Part shown: piece after piece, positions 46,895-56,740 of the stretch
How positions within the stretch are numbered: position 1 is the first letter of the stretch
Layout: each line of letters starts with the position of its first letter
Assembly (NCBI GenBank): GCA_017398945.1
Contig: JAFQES010000008.1
Span: 15,565-79,564, forward strand
Reading direction: 5' to 3'
Length of the DNA: 64,000 bases
DNA from: Bacilli bacterium
GTDB lineage: Bacteria > Bacillota_I > Bacilli_A > RF39 > UBA660
Notes under the pieces: model-generated
Seen by the model: the letters and a program-made list of their open reading frames with translations, nothing else
Databases searched by the model: none
Told to the model about the DNA's origin: nothing
Made by a program: the position numbers and the translations under genes

Positions 46895-48159
46895 ATATTG
46901 CTACCCTCTTCTAAAGTATAAATTGTATTAAGTTTTAATTTCTTAGCAAACATCATAATATCTTCTTTAGATAACTCTCTTATTATTTTAATTCGATCTT
47001 CTGGCAATGGAAAATCATCAAAAGTATTAAAAATATAATTTCCTAACAAAGCCACCTGATTATCCCCCGCCATATTAATTGAAAATATTGCACTTTTTTT
47101 CGCATCTTCTAAATTTTCTTCGGTAAAATCTCCTTTAATCATTTCATTTAAAGCTTTTTTAATCAATTTAATTGCTTTAGAAACATTTTCTTTAGCTAAA
47201 GATACTTTTATCATCGCTAAATTATCGTATTTTAAATACATGAAATTTACCCCATAACACATGGCATTTTCTTCTCTTAAATATCTGTATAGTTTACTAT
47301 TTAAAGTACCATTTCCAAAAATACCATTAAATATATAAGGAATAATATTTCTCTCATTAAAATTTAAATCACATGTATTATAAATCATAATTAAATTTGA
47401 TTGACCAAAATTACCTTGATCGTTTACTTCTTTTACTTTTTTTATCACATTATTATTTAAATATAAAGTTGATTTAGTATTTTTAATGACTCTATTTAAA
47501 AAATATTTATTAATAACACTTGCTATAGCATCTAAATCAATATCTCCAATAACAAATATATCACATACATCATTTTTTAACATGTCATGATAAACTTCCC
47601 ATAACTTACTTGTGGTAATATCACTTAAATACTCTTTTTGATCAATTAATCCATAACTAGATGGCGAATTATTATCTAAAGCTTTCAAAGCATTAATAAT
47701 AGATATTTTATTTGGATTTTCCTTTATAGTTTCTATTTCACTTAATAAATTGTTTTTATTTATATTAAAACTTTTTAAATCAAATTCTTTGTTGGTAATA
47801 TTTGGTTTAAAAATTATTGTCATAAGTAATTTAATTACTTCATCCAAATAATTACTTTCATCAATATATTTTGGATTTACAAAACTAGAACAATAACTAG
47901 TAAATAAACTATTTCCTAGGCGATTAATAACTCCCGTATAGTTAACATTATATAATTCTTCACATCTAATAACAAAATCTTTTCTTTTTTTATAATCTTT
48001 ATTAGAATGAAGCATTGTATCAACTAATAAACTTCTTTCTACCAAATCATGTTCTAAAATATTTTTACGAAATATAACTTCGATATGACAACTTTTAAAT
48101 TTATCATTTTTAATGCCGTATATATTATAATTAGGATATTCAAACTTTTTATATACCAT
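46891..48159 (-). CDS. M16-family peptidase-like protein, non-catalytic partner
   Basis: Same size and fold pattern, 4-nt overlap with the downstream M16 gene, and no HxxEH motif (the corresponding region reads LLVDTMLHSN). Confidence 0.7.
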   Translation of the reverse strand: MVYKKFEYPNYNIYGIKNDKFKSCHIEVIFRKNILEHDLVERSLLVDTMLHSNKDYKKRKDFVIRCEELYNVNYTGVINRLGNSLFTSYCSSFVNPKYIDESNYLDEVIKLLMTIIFKPNITNKEFDLKSFNINKNNLLSEIETIKENPNKISIINALKALDNNSPSSYGLIDQKEYLSDITTSKLWEVYHDMLKNDVCDIFVIGDIDLDAIASVINKYFLNRVIKNTKSTLYLNNNVIKKVKEVNDQGNFGQSNLIMIYNTCDLNFNERNIIPYIFNGIFGNGTLNSKLYRYLREENAMCYGVNFMYLKYDNLAMIKVSLAKENVSKAIKLIKKALNEMIKGDFTEENLEDAKKSAIFSINMAGDNQVALLGNYIFNTFDDFPLPEDRIKIIRELSKEDIMMFAKKLKLNTIYTLEEGSNI

Positions 48160-48188
48160 CTAACTCACCATTTATTATTATAGCATAA

Positions 48189-49307
48189 TTACTTTATTTT
48201 ATTATATTGTTTTATAAAATAATCATCAGTCATCCCACCAATATAATCGATAACAATTCTTTCTTTAGAATTACAATTTTTATATTCTAAAGACATATTA
48301 TTTAAAAACGAGCTATAGATTAAAGACTCTTGATTATTTTCTTCAACATCTTTTAAATATTTATTAAATAACTTTTCAAACATTTCTTGATATTTTTCTA
48401 TTTGTTCTTTAGAATTTGCTTTTAAATAGATATTTTCATAATTAAAATTCTTTAATTCAACAATTGCTTGATATACATCTTTACTCAATTTAAGATATGG
48501 TTTATCAATACTATTATTAATAATATCTAATATTATCGTATTTACAATAGCACTATTATTATCGCCTAATACACTAACTATGTTAGCAGAAATATCTTCT
48601 TTTTTAATTAATTTCATTCGGTAAGCATCTTCTAAATCTCTTCCTAAATAAGCTATCATATCACTTATTCTTACCACACAGCCTTCCAAGCTCATTGCTT
48701 TTAATTCTTTGGTATCAGCACTTTGATAAGATGCACTATATTCACTTATAAAGTTTTCTTTTGTTTTATTATAATCCGGTTCTATTTTATCAATAGCAAA
48801 CTCACCATTATGACACATAATACCATCCAATACTTGCATACTAACATTTAACCCATTACCATAGTTTTCTACATTCATAAGCATCCTAACACTTTGAATA
48901 TTATGATTAAAATATCCTTCACCGTGTTTCAAACTTAAATCACTTAAAATCTTTTCGCCAACATGCCCAAACGGTGTATGTCCTAAATCATGCCCTAGAG
49001 CTATTGCTTCAATTAAATCTTCATTTAAAGCTAATGCTCTACCAATAGTTCTCGCTATTTTACTTACATATTGGACATGCAGCATTCTTTTCGTAATATG
49101 ATCAGATTCATTAAAAGAAAATACTTGGGTTTTATCCATATAACGAATAAAAGATAACGCATACAAAATCTTATCACAATCATGAAAATAATTAGAACGT
49201 ATATCTTCCTTTTTAGCTTTAAAATAAATTGCTTGCTCATCAAGACAAGCATACTTACTTAAACTATTATTATGTCTTTGCATCTTTTCTTTTATTAAAT
49301 TATTCAT
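48189..49307 (-). CDS. dGTP triphosphohydrolase-like HD-domain protein
   Basis: R..F..D.D.I..S..FRR...KTQVF, HITKRMLH, LGHDLGHTPFGHVGE, DGIMCHNGE. GGAGG SD 6 nt before M6 (49307). Confidence 0.85.
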   Translation of the reverse strand: MNNLIKEKMQRHNNSLSKYACLDEQAIYFKAKKEDIRSNYFHDCDKILYALSFIRYMDKTQVFSFNESDHITKRMLHVQYVSKIARTIGRALALNEDLIEAIALGHDLGHTPFGHVGEKILSDLSLKHGEGYFNHNIQSVRMLMNVENYGNGLNVSMQVLDGIMCHNGEFAIDKIEPDYNKTKENFISEYSASYQSADTKELKAMSLEGCVVRISDMIAYLGRDLEDAYRMKLIKKEDISANIVSVLGDNNSAIVNTIILDIINNSIDKPYLKLSKDVYQAIVELKNFNYENIYLKANSKEQIEKYQEMFEKLFNKYLKDVEENNQESLIYSSFLNNMSLEYKNCNSKERIVIDYIGGMTDDYFIKQYNKIK

Positions 49308-49407
49308 AGCATCCTCCATCATATATATTAAAAGTTTAAACTATTTTTAATTAAAATACAATGAATTTAAATTTATTATAAAAATATACTTTATTAGGTG
49401 ATTTTAA

Positions 49408-50106
49408 TTGTTTTTAAATTTTATTAATATTATTAAAGATATGTTATTTTTTACAGGAAGTTATTCCAATAATGTCTTTCCGGAACCACTAAGTAAAGAA
49501 GATGAAGATTACTATGTAAATAAAATGTTACAACACGATAAAGAAGCCAGAAACATTTTAATTGAAAGAAACCTTCGTTTAGTAGCACATATTGTTAAAA
49601 AATTTGAAACAAAAAACATTGATACGGATGATTTGATAAGCATTGGAACAATCGGACTTATTAAAGGAATTGATACTTATAAAGAAAACAAATCAACCAA
49701 AATTACAACCTATGCCGCAAAATGTATTCAAAACGAAATTTTAATGTATTTTAGAAGCAATAAGAAAAATCAAAATAATGTCAGCATTAATGATTCGATC
49801 GGCTATGATAAAGAAGGAAATGAAATTAATTTAATAGATGTTTTACAAAACGAAGATAAAGAAGACTTTGCTGACTCTATTCATAAAGAACATAATATCG
49901 AATTATTAAAAAAATACTTAGTAGTTTTATCTAAAAGAGAAAAAGAAATTATCATCAAAAGGTATGGACTTTGTATGCAAGACGAGAAAACTCAAAAAGA
50001 AATAGCCAAAGAAATGGGAATCTCAAGAAGTTATGTATCTAGAATTGAAAAAAGAGCATTAACTAAGATGCTCCGTGAATACTTAAAAAATAATCAAGAA
50101 ATATAA
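49408..50106 (+). CDS. sigK: Sporulation-type pro-sigma factor, closest in motif pattern to SigK (SigE/SigK family)
   Basis: TTG start 6 nt after a GGTGA SD. FFTGSYSNNVFPEPLSKEDE matches the SigK pro-sequence junction (SY..NN.FP.PLS). LIERNLRLVAHIVKKFE, DLISIGTIGLIKGIDTY, KITTYAAKCIQNEILMYFR. Region 4 reads QKEIAKEMGISRSYVSRIEKRAL. Confidence 0.75.
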   Translation: MFLNFINIIKDMLFFTGSYSNNVFPEPLSKEDEDYYVNKMLQHDKEARNILIERNLRLVAHIVKKFETKNIDTDDLISIGTIGLIKGIDTYKENKSTKITTYAAKCIQNEILMYFRSNKKNQNNVSINDSIGYDKEGNEINLIDVLQNEDKEDFADSIHKEHNIELLKKYLVVLSKREKEIIIKRYGLCMQDEKTQKEIAKEMGISRSYVSRIEKRALTKMLREYLKNNQEI

Positions 50107-50113
50107 AAACGTC

Positions 50114-50542
50114 TCAATTAAGACGTTCATCAATATCATCAATATCTTTTATTTGTTCTTCTAAAGCTTGTTTAAAGCGACGTTTAAATACAATAACTTT
50201 TCTTTTTAAATTTTGGGCTTCGTATTCAACCCTTTCAGCTTTAAGAAGTGCATCATTAACAATTCTTGATGCATTTTTCTTCGCATCTTCAATAATCGAA
50301 TTAGATTCATCACGAGCAACTCGTTTTATATTATTTGAAGCATCTTCTGCAACCAAAATTGCTTTATTTAATGTATTTTCTAAGTTTTTATATTTTTCTA
50401 ATTCATTTTTTAAACTTAAAATTTCTTGGTCACGTCTTTTTAAATTAGTAAGCATGTTTTCATATTCTTTAGTAACTTCTTTTACAAAATTATTTACTTC
50501 TATTTTAGAATATCCCTTAAAACTAGTACTAAATTTTTTCAT
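50114..50542 (-). CDS. divIVA: DivIVA-domain protein
   Basis: F..SFKGYSKIEVNNFV, followed by a coiled coil. Adjacent to sepF. Confidence 0.75.
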   Translation of the reverse strand: MKKFSTSFKGYSKIEVNNFVKEVTKEYENMLTNLKRRDQEILSLKNELEKYKNLENTLNKAILVAEDASNNIKRVARDESNSIIEDAKKNASRIVNDALLKAERVEYEAQNLKRKVIVFKRRFKQALEEQIKDIDDIDERLN

Positions 50543-50572
50543 GCTTCACCAACTTTCTACTTCATACTTTAA

Positions 50573-50983
50573 TTACCATTCTAATTCGTCATCATTTGCT
50601 GTTTCTTTTTTTGCTCGTTCATCAGTTATTTTACCTTGAACATTAACGTTTTTTGGAGTACAAAGGTAAATGCCTACTCCTATTTTTTGCATCGTCCCCC
50701 CAATAGCATAAATGCATCCACTTAAGAAATCAATAATACGCTTAGCTTGTTCAGTTGTAACTCTTTTCAAATTTACAACAACACTATTACGATTTTTTAA
50801 ATAATCCGCAATTTGTTGACTTTCTGAATAAGCTCTAGGTTCTAAAAGAATCATTTTATTTCCGCATTTATCTGCTTCTTTGATTGCTTCTGTTTCACTC
50901 ATATTATAATATTCATCTTCAGTACCCAAAAGAGTATCATCTTCTTCATCAGAAAACATTTTTTTTAATTTATTAAATGCCAT
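50573..50983 (-). CDS. sepF: Cell division protein SepF
   Basis: ILLEPRAYSESQQIADYLKNRNSVVVNLKRV..EQAKRIIDFLSGCIYAIGG.MQKIG..IYLCTP.NV. Confidence 0.88.
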   Translation of the reverse strand: MAFNKLKKMFSDEEDDTLLGTEDEYYNMSETEAIKEADKCGNKMILLEPRAYSESQQIADYLKNRNSVVVNLKRVTTEQAKRIIDFLSGCIYAIGGTMQKIGVGIYLCTPKNVNVQGKITDERAKKETANDDELEW

Positions 50984-51057
50984 TGCTATTCCTCCTATAT
51001 TACATTTCTTATTCTAACAAAATTTATCATATTTAGCAAGTAGCTAGTTTAATATTT

Positions 51058-52725
51058 TTAACGACTTCCGCCGCCACCTCTGCCACCGCCGAAGGACCCG
51101 CCACCGCCTCCGCCGGAAGAAAATCCGCCACCACCAGATGAATAGCCCATCGCAGCACTTCTTGCTGAAGATGCTGAATGATACCCAGTAAAAGCTAATC
51201 TATCAATAAATATAAAAGTATCATAATCAAACTCAGCAAATTCATTTATTTCCGGATAAAAATCTTTAAATTGTTTAGCTACTTTATCAGCGATACCAAA
51301 TAATTGAGCAAAAATTAAATACTCTTGCCACAAGTGAACTTCAATCGGAGCCTTTTCTTTAATGTTCGAAAATTCTATTAGATATTTCTTTAATCCATCA
51401 ATTTTACAAGCCTCTTCATATAATTTTGGAGTAGCATAACGGTAATTTATTTTTAAAGGGCTTGATTCAGACTTAGTTGTTATCCAACCTTTAGAAATTA
51501 AAACTTCCCTAGTAACCCGATAATTATCATCGTACCATTCCAATATATCTTTATAAAAAGTTTTACAATACCAAGCAAAATCCTTTTTTTCAAGCACATC
51601 GTTATTACTTGCGCCATACATCCACTTAAACAATTCTCTTTCTGGATCATATAATGTATAATTTTCAGGTAAAACTTTATACATAAATCGTATAACATTT
51701 AATCCCTTATCATTTTTTTCTATTTTTATAATGCTATCTTTAAGCCATTTTAATAATAAGCATCCCATGAAATTAGAATTATTTTTATCAAGTTTATAAG
51801 CATTTGCAATATAACTAGCAATATAAATATCTTTTTCACAAGGAATTTCTCTAAATAAAGGATTGTTTTTTGAAATCTTACTTGATACTCCCTCATAACG
51901 CAATTTAGTATATTTTGATTGATTATTAAAAGATTTCTTAGCAACTAGAAGAAAAATTAAAATATATGGAATAACACCGATTATAAAAAATCTAAAAATA
52001 TCCAATAAATAATTATATTTTGAAGCCCCTTCTTGCGCCATGCTTAAATAATATTCAAAATTATTATTTAAATCAGAGGATGTCTGGAAAGTCCCGCTCG
52101 GGATTTTTGCTAGCAAAACAACATACTCGCTTGACTTCATTGCATCTTCATTTGACAATTTTATTTCTCCGTTAGATACATAAGCATAGTCACCTTTAAC
52201 TCCATAACCCCATACATCAATACTATCTTCAAAATAATAATTTGCCCTTATTGTTATATCATAATTATATGGTGCTGGGTCCATTTTTTTAGGAATAAGT
52301 GTCCAATAAATCATTTGAGCATCTGCCACATTTATTACAAAATTAGATATCTCATATGTCAATTTATATTGCATATTTCCATATTCACTAATACCCCAAC
52401 ATAGCTCTAAACCTTCACTAGTATGGTTAATTCCACTTTTGTAAGCTTTATAATTAAAAGTTTCATCTATATCCCAATAAGTTAATGGTTCAAATTCTTT
52501 ATTTCCTACACTAACTCTAAAATTAGAAATATGTGAATCACCTAAATTACCATAGGATTTATAATTTTCTGTTCCTTCATTAGTATCCATATCCCAATAT
52601 TCAGTCACATGAGCTGTTCCATATTCATCAATATAAATATCCATATCAATGTTATTTATCGTATTTGCGTAAGAAACAGTAACCGTCAAAAACAAAACAA
52701 ATAAACTAAAAATAATTTTTTTCAT
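51058..52725 (-). CDS. DUF2207-family membrane protein with a C-terminal Gly-rich tail
   Basis: Signal peptide, large ecto-domain, internal TM segment (FFIIGVIPYILIFLLVA) and a terminal SSGGGGFSSGGGGGGSFGGGRGGGGSR. Adjacent to lemA, as is typical. Confidence 0.75.
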   Translation of the reverse strand: MKKIIFSLFVLFLTVTVSYANTINNIDMDIYIDEYGTAHVTEYWDMDTNEGTENYKSYGNLGDSHISNFRVSVGNKEFEPLTYWDIDETFNYKAYKSGINHTSEGLELCWGISEYGNMQYKLTYEISNFVINVADAQMIYWTLIPKKMDPAPYNYDITIRANYYFEDSIDVWGYGVKGDYAYVSNGEIKLSNEDAMKSSEYVVLLAKIPSGTFQTSSDLNNNFEYYLSMAQEGASKYNYLLDIFRFFIIGVIPYILIFLLVAKKSFNNQSKYTKLRYEGVSSKISKNNPLFREIPCEKDIYIASYIANAYKLDKNNSNFMGCLLLKWLKDSIIKIEKNDKGLNVIRFMYKVLPENYTLYDPERELFKWMYGASNNDVLEKKDFAWYCKTFYKDILEWYDDNYRVTREVLISKGWITTKSESSPLKINYRYATPKLYEEACKIDGLKKYLIEFSNIKEKAPIEVHLWQEYLIFAQLFGIADKVAKQFKDFYPEINEFAEFDYDTFIFIDRLAFTGYHSASSARSAAMGYSSGGGGFSSGGGGGGSFGGGRGGGGSR

Positions 52726-52760
52726 AATTTCTCCTATAAAAAAACTTACTTAAGTAAGTT

Positions 52761-53318
52761 TTAAAATTTAACTGAAACGCTTTCTCTTTCAGATTCCAGT
52801 GCTTCAAAGAATGATTCTTGTTTAAATTTAAACATACTAGCAATAATATTAGACGGAAACATTTCAATCTTATTATTATAATTCATTACTACATCATTAT
52901 AAAATTGTCTAGCATAAGATATTTTATCTTCTGTTTCTTTTAATTCATTTTGTAAATTTAAAAAATTCTCATTCGCTTTTAGTTCTGGATAACTTTCTGC
53001 TAAAGCAAACAATTTTGTTACTGCACTAGTTAATTCATTAGCAGCTTTCATTTCTTTTTCAGGAGTATCAGCAGATTCAAAACTATTTCTAGCTTTTACA
53101 ACATCCTCAAGGGTATCTTTTTCATGTTTCGCATATCCCTTTACCGTTTCTACTAAATTAGGAATTAAATCAAAGCGTCTTTTCAAATAAACATCAATTT
53201 GGGCCCATTGATCTTTCACTTTATTTCGTAAAGACACTAATGAGTTATAAACAGATGCAACATAAATTGCAATTAATACTACTGCTACAATTAAAATAAT
53301 AAGTCCAATATTCATCAA
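52761..53318 (-). CDS. lemA: LemA family protein
   Basis: N-terminal TM segment, then YNSLVSLRNKVKDQWAQIDVYLKRRFDLIPNLVETVKGYAKHE and ARQFYNDVVMNYN. Confidence 0.88.
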   Translation of the reverse strand: MMNIGLIILIVAVVLIAIYVASVYNSLVSLRNKVKDQWAQIDVYLKRRFDLIPNLVETVKGYAKHEKDTLEDVVKARNSFESADTPEKEMKAANELTSAVTKLFALAESYPELKANENFLNLQNELKETEDKISYARQFYNDVVMNYNNKIEMFPSNIIASMFKFKQESFFEALESERESVSVKF

Positions 53319-53367
53319 AAAACCTTCTTTCTATTATCATTATATCGCATAAAAAATAAAACAACAA

Positions 53368-53673
53368 TTATTTATTTTTATAAATGTCTAATAACTTGTC
53401 AAAATCATCATCTAAAGCCATAATGTTTTTTCGAAAGCTTCCACATTTTTCACATTTATATATAATTTTATACGTATTCTTATATTTTTCTAATTCAACA
53501 GGCACAAGTTTACCATGACAATCTTCGCTTCGATCACCGGGATTTATATCAACATGTTTTGATGCCAAACAATAAGGACAATGGTCTCTGGCTGTATAAC
53601 TTAATCTATTTACTTCTTTACCACAATATTCACAAATAAAATCTTCATCAATCATCGTAAACTTCTTTGGCAT
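53368..53673 (-). CDS. RNHCP-domain zinc-ribbon protein
   Basis: FICEYCG...ARDHCPYCL.SKHVD...C.G.L....CEKCG, which fits the RNHCP pattern. Confidence 0.65.
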   Translation of the reverse strand: MPKKFTMIDEDFICEYCGKEVNRLSYTARDHCPYCLASKHVDINPGDRSEDCHGKLVPVELEKYKNTYKIIYKCEKCGSFRKNIMALDDDFDKLLDIYKNK

Positions 53674-53677
53674 AATA

Positions 53678-54379
53678 TCACCCCAATAAGTATTCTAACA
53701 CAACTGGTGCCAAAATAATAAGCATCATTATTGGTAAAAAAAACAATACTGATATAACACTAATCTTAGTTGGCAATTTAGCGATTTGAGCTTTAATGTT
53801 TAATATTTGTTGCTCCCTTAAAAAATCAATTTGATTATATAAAGATTCAATAATACTATTTCCAAAAATATTTGATTGTGTGATATTTAAAATTGTATTA
53901 TTTATTATATCGCTAGGAATCCTTTTTTTCATATCTTCTAAAGCTTCTACTAAACTTTTTCCTAAATCAACTTCTTCAAGCATTCTTTTAAACTCGCTGG
54001 ATATATCATTATTAATGTTTTTGGTTGTTATTTCTAAAGATGCTTTTAAATTTCGTCCACTTTCAAGTGTTAAGGCCAATACTTCAAAAAAATAGATCGC
54101 TTCATTTTCCAAACTTTTTTTTCGTTTGTTTATTTTAACATCTAATAACAAAAATTCATATGCATAAAAATACATTAAACTAATTAATGGTGCCAAAATA
54201 AACCCTTTATCTGATAAAATTAAGATAGCAAAGAATATCATTAATGTAGTAAGCAAACGAACATTTAAAAAATCTAACGAATCAAATTTATTTAACATTC
54301 CAGCTTTAATAATTTTTTCTTTAATTTTTTTAATAGTACTTTTTCGATAAATCTTTAAAATCATTTTACTACTTTTCAT
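53678..54379 (-). CDS. tadC: Tad pilus inner-membrane platform protein TadC-like (T2SSF domain)
   Basis: TM-soluble-TM architecture with a T2SSF-type helical domain (FFEVLALTLESGRNLKASL). 4-nt overlap with the tadB-like gene. Confidence 0.7.
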   Translation of the reverse strand: MKSSKMILKIYRKSTIKKIKEKIIKAGMLNKFDSLDFLNVRLLTTLMIFFAILILSDKGFILAPLISLMYFYAYEFLLLDVKINKRKKSLENEAIYFFEVLALTLESGRNLKASLEITTKNINNDISSEFKRMLEEVDLGKSLVEALEDMKKRIPSDIINNTILNITQSNIFGNSIIESLYNQIDFLREQQILNIKAQIAKLPTKISVISVLFFLPIMMLIILAPVVLEYLLG

Positions 54380-55389
54380 AATTTCACCTTTAATAGTCTT
54401 TTTATTACAACGATATACATGCTGTATAGTAATATAATTATTCCTAAAATTAACATTCCTATTTTATTTTCAAACAAGGGAAGAAAATATTCTGGATTTA
54501 AAATGAAAATAACCAAACTAAACAAAAATGGTAATAAAACTAGCATTCTAAAAACAAATACACTTGAAGCTGTCAAACTGTTTAATTCATTTCTTAATTT
54601 CTTTTTATCAAAGAAAGATTTTTCAATCATTGAAAAAACTTTAACGATATTACCACCAGTTTTATTAAGTAAAGACAAACTAGAAGTAATATATTGCGCA
54701 TCTTCTAACTTAACTCTCTCATAAAAACGTTTAAAAACAACTTCCAAACTTAAACCATAATTAATATCAATATAAATTTTTTTAAACTCATCTCTAATTG
54801 GACCATCTAACTCTTGTTTTACAATTTCTACCGCTTGCGTAACATTGCTCCCTGACTTAAATGCATTATTCATAATAATAACAGCTTTTAATAAATCATC
54901 TTCTACCAATTTACATTTTTTATTAAATTGAAAACTCCAATAGGCATCAGGTAAAAAGAATGCTAAAGATGCAGCTATAATTGCCGTATATATATTAAAA
55001 TGAGCATATTGAAACATCAAAGTAAATAAATATAATATTTCAATGATAATAACTAGAATTATCTTGAAAGAAACGAAATCCACTTCATCTTTAAAATCTT
55101 TTTCTTCAAAAGTTATATACCTTTCATATCTCTCAGCATATCGACTCAAAAAAACCGACTTTTTCAAAATGGCTGATATTTTTCTTAATATTTGCCATCC
55201 TTTATAAAATAACTTATCAAATAAAGATTCTTCATCTTCAATATCAGGGTCTAAAGCAAATTTACTAATTCTTCTTTCATACTTTAAGGCTTTTGTCTGA
55301 CGCAATAAAACAATTATAGCAACAATAAAACCTAAAATCGAAATCACTTGAATAATAAACGCTTCCCAAATAATTGATTCTTGCGTCAT
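54376..55389 (-). CDS. tadB: Tad pilus platform protein TadB-like (T2SSF domain)
   Basis: N-terminal TM segment, T2SSF helical domain (LLKAVIIMNNAFKSGSNVTQAV) and C-terminal TM segments. Downstream of cpaF. Confidence 0.7.
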   Translation of the reverse strand: MTQESIIWEAFIIQVISILGFIVAIIVLLRQTKALKYERRISKFALDPDIEDEESLFDKLFYKGWQILRKISAILKKSVFLSRYAERYERYITFEEKDFKDEVDFVSFKIILVIIIEILYLFTLMFQYAHFNIYTAIIAASLAFFLPDAYWSFQFNKKCKLVEDDLLKAVIIMNNAFKSGSNVTQAVEIVKQELDGPIRDEFKKIYIDINYGLSLEVVFKRFYERVKLEDAQYITSSLSLLNKTGGNIVKVFSMIEKSFFDKKKLRNELNSLTASSVFVFRMLVLLPFLFSLVIFILNPEYFLPLFENKIGMLILGIIILLYSMYIVVIKRLLKVKL

Positions 55390-55405
55390 AATTTTCCTTC
55401 CTTAT

Positions 55406-56740
55406 CTATTTTTTATCTTCAAACATATCATCAACCGAATTTATTCCTCTAGCTTTTAATTTCTTATAAACTTTTGGAATAACATCATACAAAATATATG
55501 TTCCGTCAACTTCGTTATTTTCAGTTAACCCTTTTTGCTTAAATGCAAATATTTCTTTCATTTTTATTTCATCATCGGAAAAACCAATTAGTTCTGAAAT
55601 GCTGGTAACTTTTCTTCTTCCATCACTCATTCTTTCAATATTAATTACCAAATCAATGGCATTTACAATATACTCTCTTATCGCTTTAATTGGAATTTCC
55701 ATCCCACCCATTAAAACCATCGTTTCCAATCTATTTAAAGCATCAATCGGACTATTTGCATGTAATGTAGTCATTGATCCATCATGCCCTGTATTCATCG
55801 CTTGTAACATATCAAAAGCTTCTTTTCCACGTACTTCTCCAACAATAATACGATCAGGTCTCATACGTAGTGAATTAATAACTAAATCACGAATCGTAAT
55901 TTCTCCTTCACTTTCATAATTAACATTTCTGGTCTCCAAAGAAATAACATGGTTTTGGTTCAATCTAAGTTCTGCAGCATCCTCTATTGTAATAATACGT
56001 TCATTTTCATTAATAAAACCACTTAAAATATTTAAAAGAGTTGTTTTTCCACTACCAGTACCACCGCAAATTAACATATTTACTCTTCCTTGGACACAAG
56101 CTTCCAAAAATCTCGCCATATAAGGAGTTAATGAGCCAATTCTAATAAAATCATCAATTGTTGACATGGTTTCTTTAAATTTACGAATAGTTATAACTGG
56201 ACCTTTCGTTGATAAAGGTGGAATAACTGCGTTAATACGCGAACCATCTTGTAATCTTGAATCAACCATCGGAGTAGTAGCATCTATCGTTCTTCCTAAA
56301 GGTTGAATTAATCTTTGTACAGTTCTAATTATATGTTCATCATTAATAAATGAAACACTTTCATCCTTAATAATTTCACCATCAATTTCAATATAAATTT
56401 CATCAGGACTATTAACCATAATTTCCGTAATGTTTTTATCTTCTAATAACTCTGTAAGAGGCCCAAGGCCATTTATTTCATTATCAATTAAATTAAATAA
56501 ATGACTTCTTTCTAAATTAGATAAATCATAACCCTCAATTGTTTTATCTATTTCATCATATATCCACTCATTTAATTGCTTATCCTTAGGCATTTCATTA
56601 TCAATTAAATTTTCTACTATCTTCGTTCTTAATTGATCTAACAATCTCTTATCAGGAAATATATCATAATCAGTTATATTACGATAAGTATTTTTTGTTT
56701 TTTCAAAAGAGAAGGCATCTCTTAACGTTTGTCTAGACAT
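55406..56740 (-). CDS. tadA: Tad/Flp pilus assembly ATPase CpaF/TadA
   Basis: GLGPL..LL.D..ITEIMVN, IRKF, Walker A CGGTGSGKTTLLN, IITIEDAAEL, RMRPDRIIVGEVRG.EAFDMLQAMNTGHDGSMTTLHAN. Confidence 0.92.
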   Translation of the reverse strand: MSRQTLRDAFSFEKTKNTYRNITDYDIFPDKRLLDQLRTKIVENLIDNEMPKDKQLNEWIYDEIDKTIEGYDLSNLERSHLFNLIDNEINGLGPLTELLEDKNITEIMVNSPDEIYIEIDGEIIKDESVSFINDEHIIRTVQRLIQPLGRTIDATTPMVDSRLQDGSRINAVIPPLSTKGPVITIRKFKETMSTIDDFIRIGSLTPYMARFLEACVQGRVNMLICGGTGSGKTTLLNILSGFINENERIITIEDAAELRLNQNHVISLETRNVNYESEGEITIRDLVINSLRMRPDRIIVGEVRGKEAFDMLQAMNTGHDGSMTTLHANSPIDALNRLETMVLMGGMEIPIKAIREYIVNAIDLVINIERMSDGRRKVTSISELIGFSDDEIKMKEIFAFKQKGLTENNEVDGTYILYDVIPKVYKKLKARGINSVDDMFEDKK

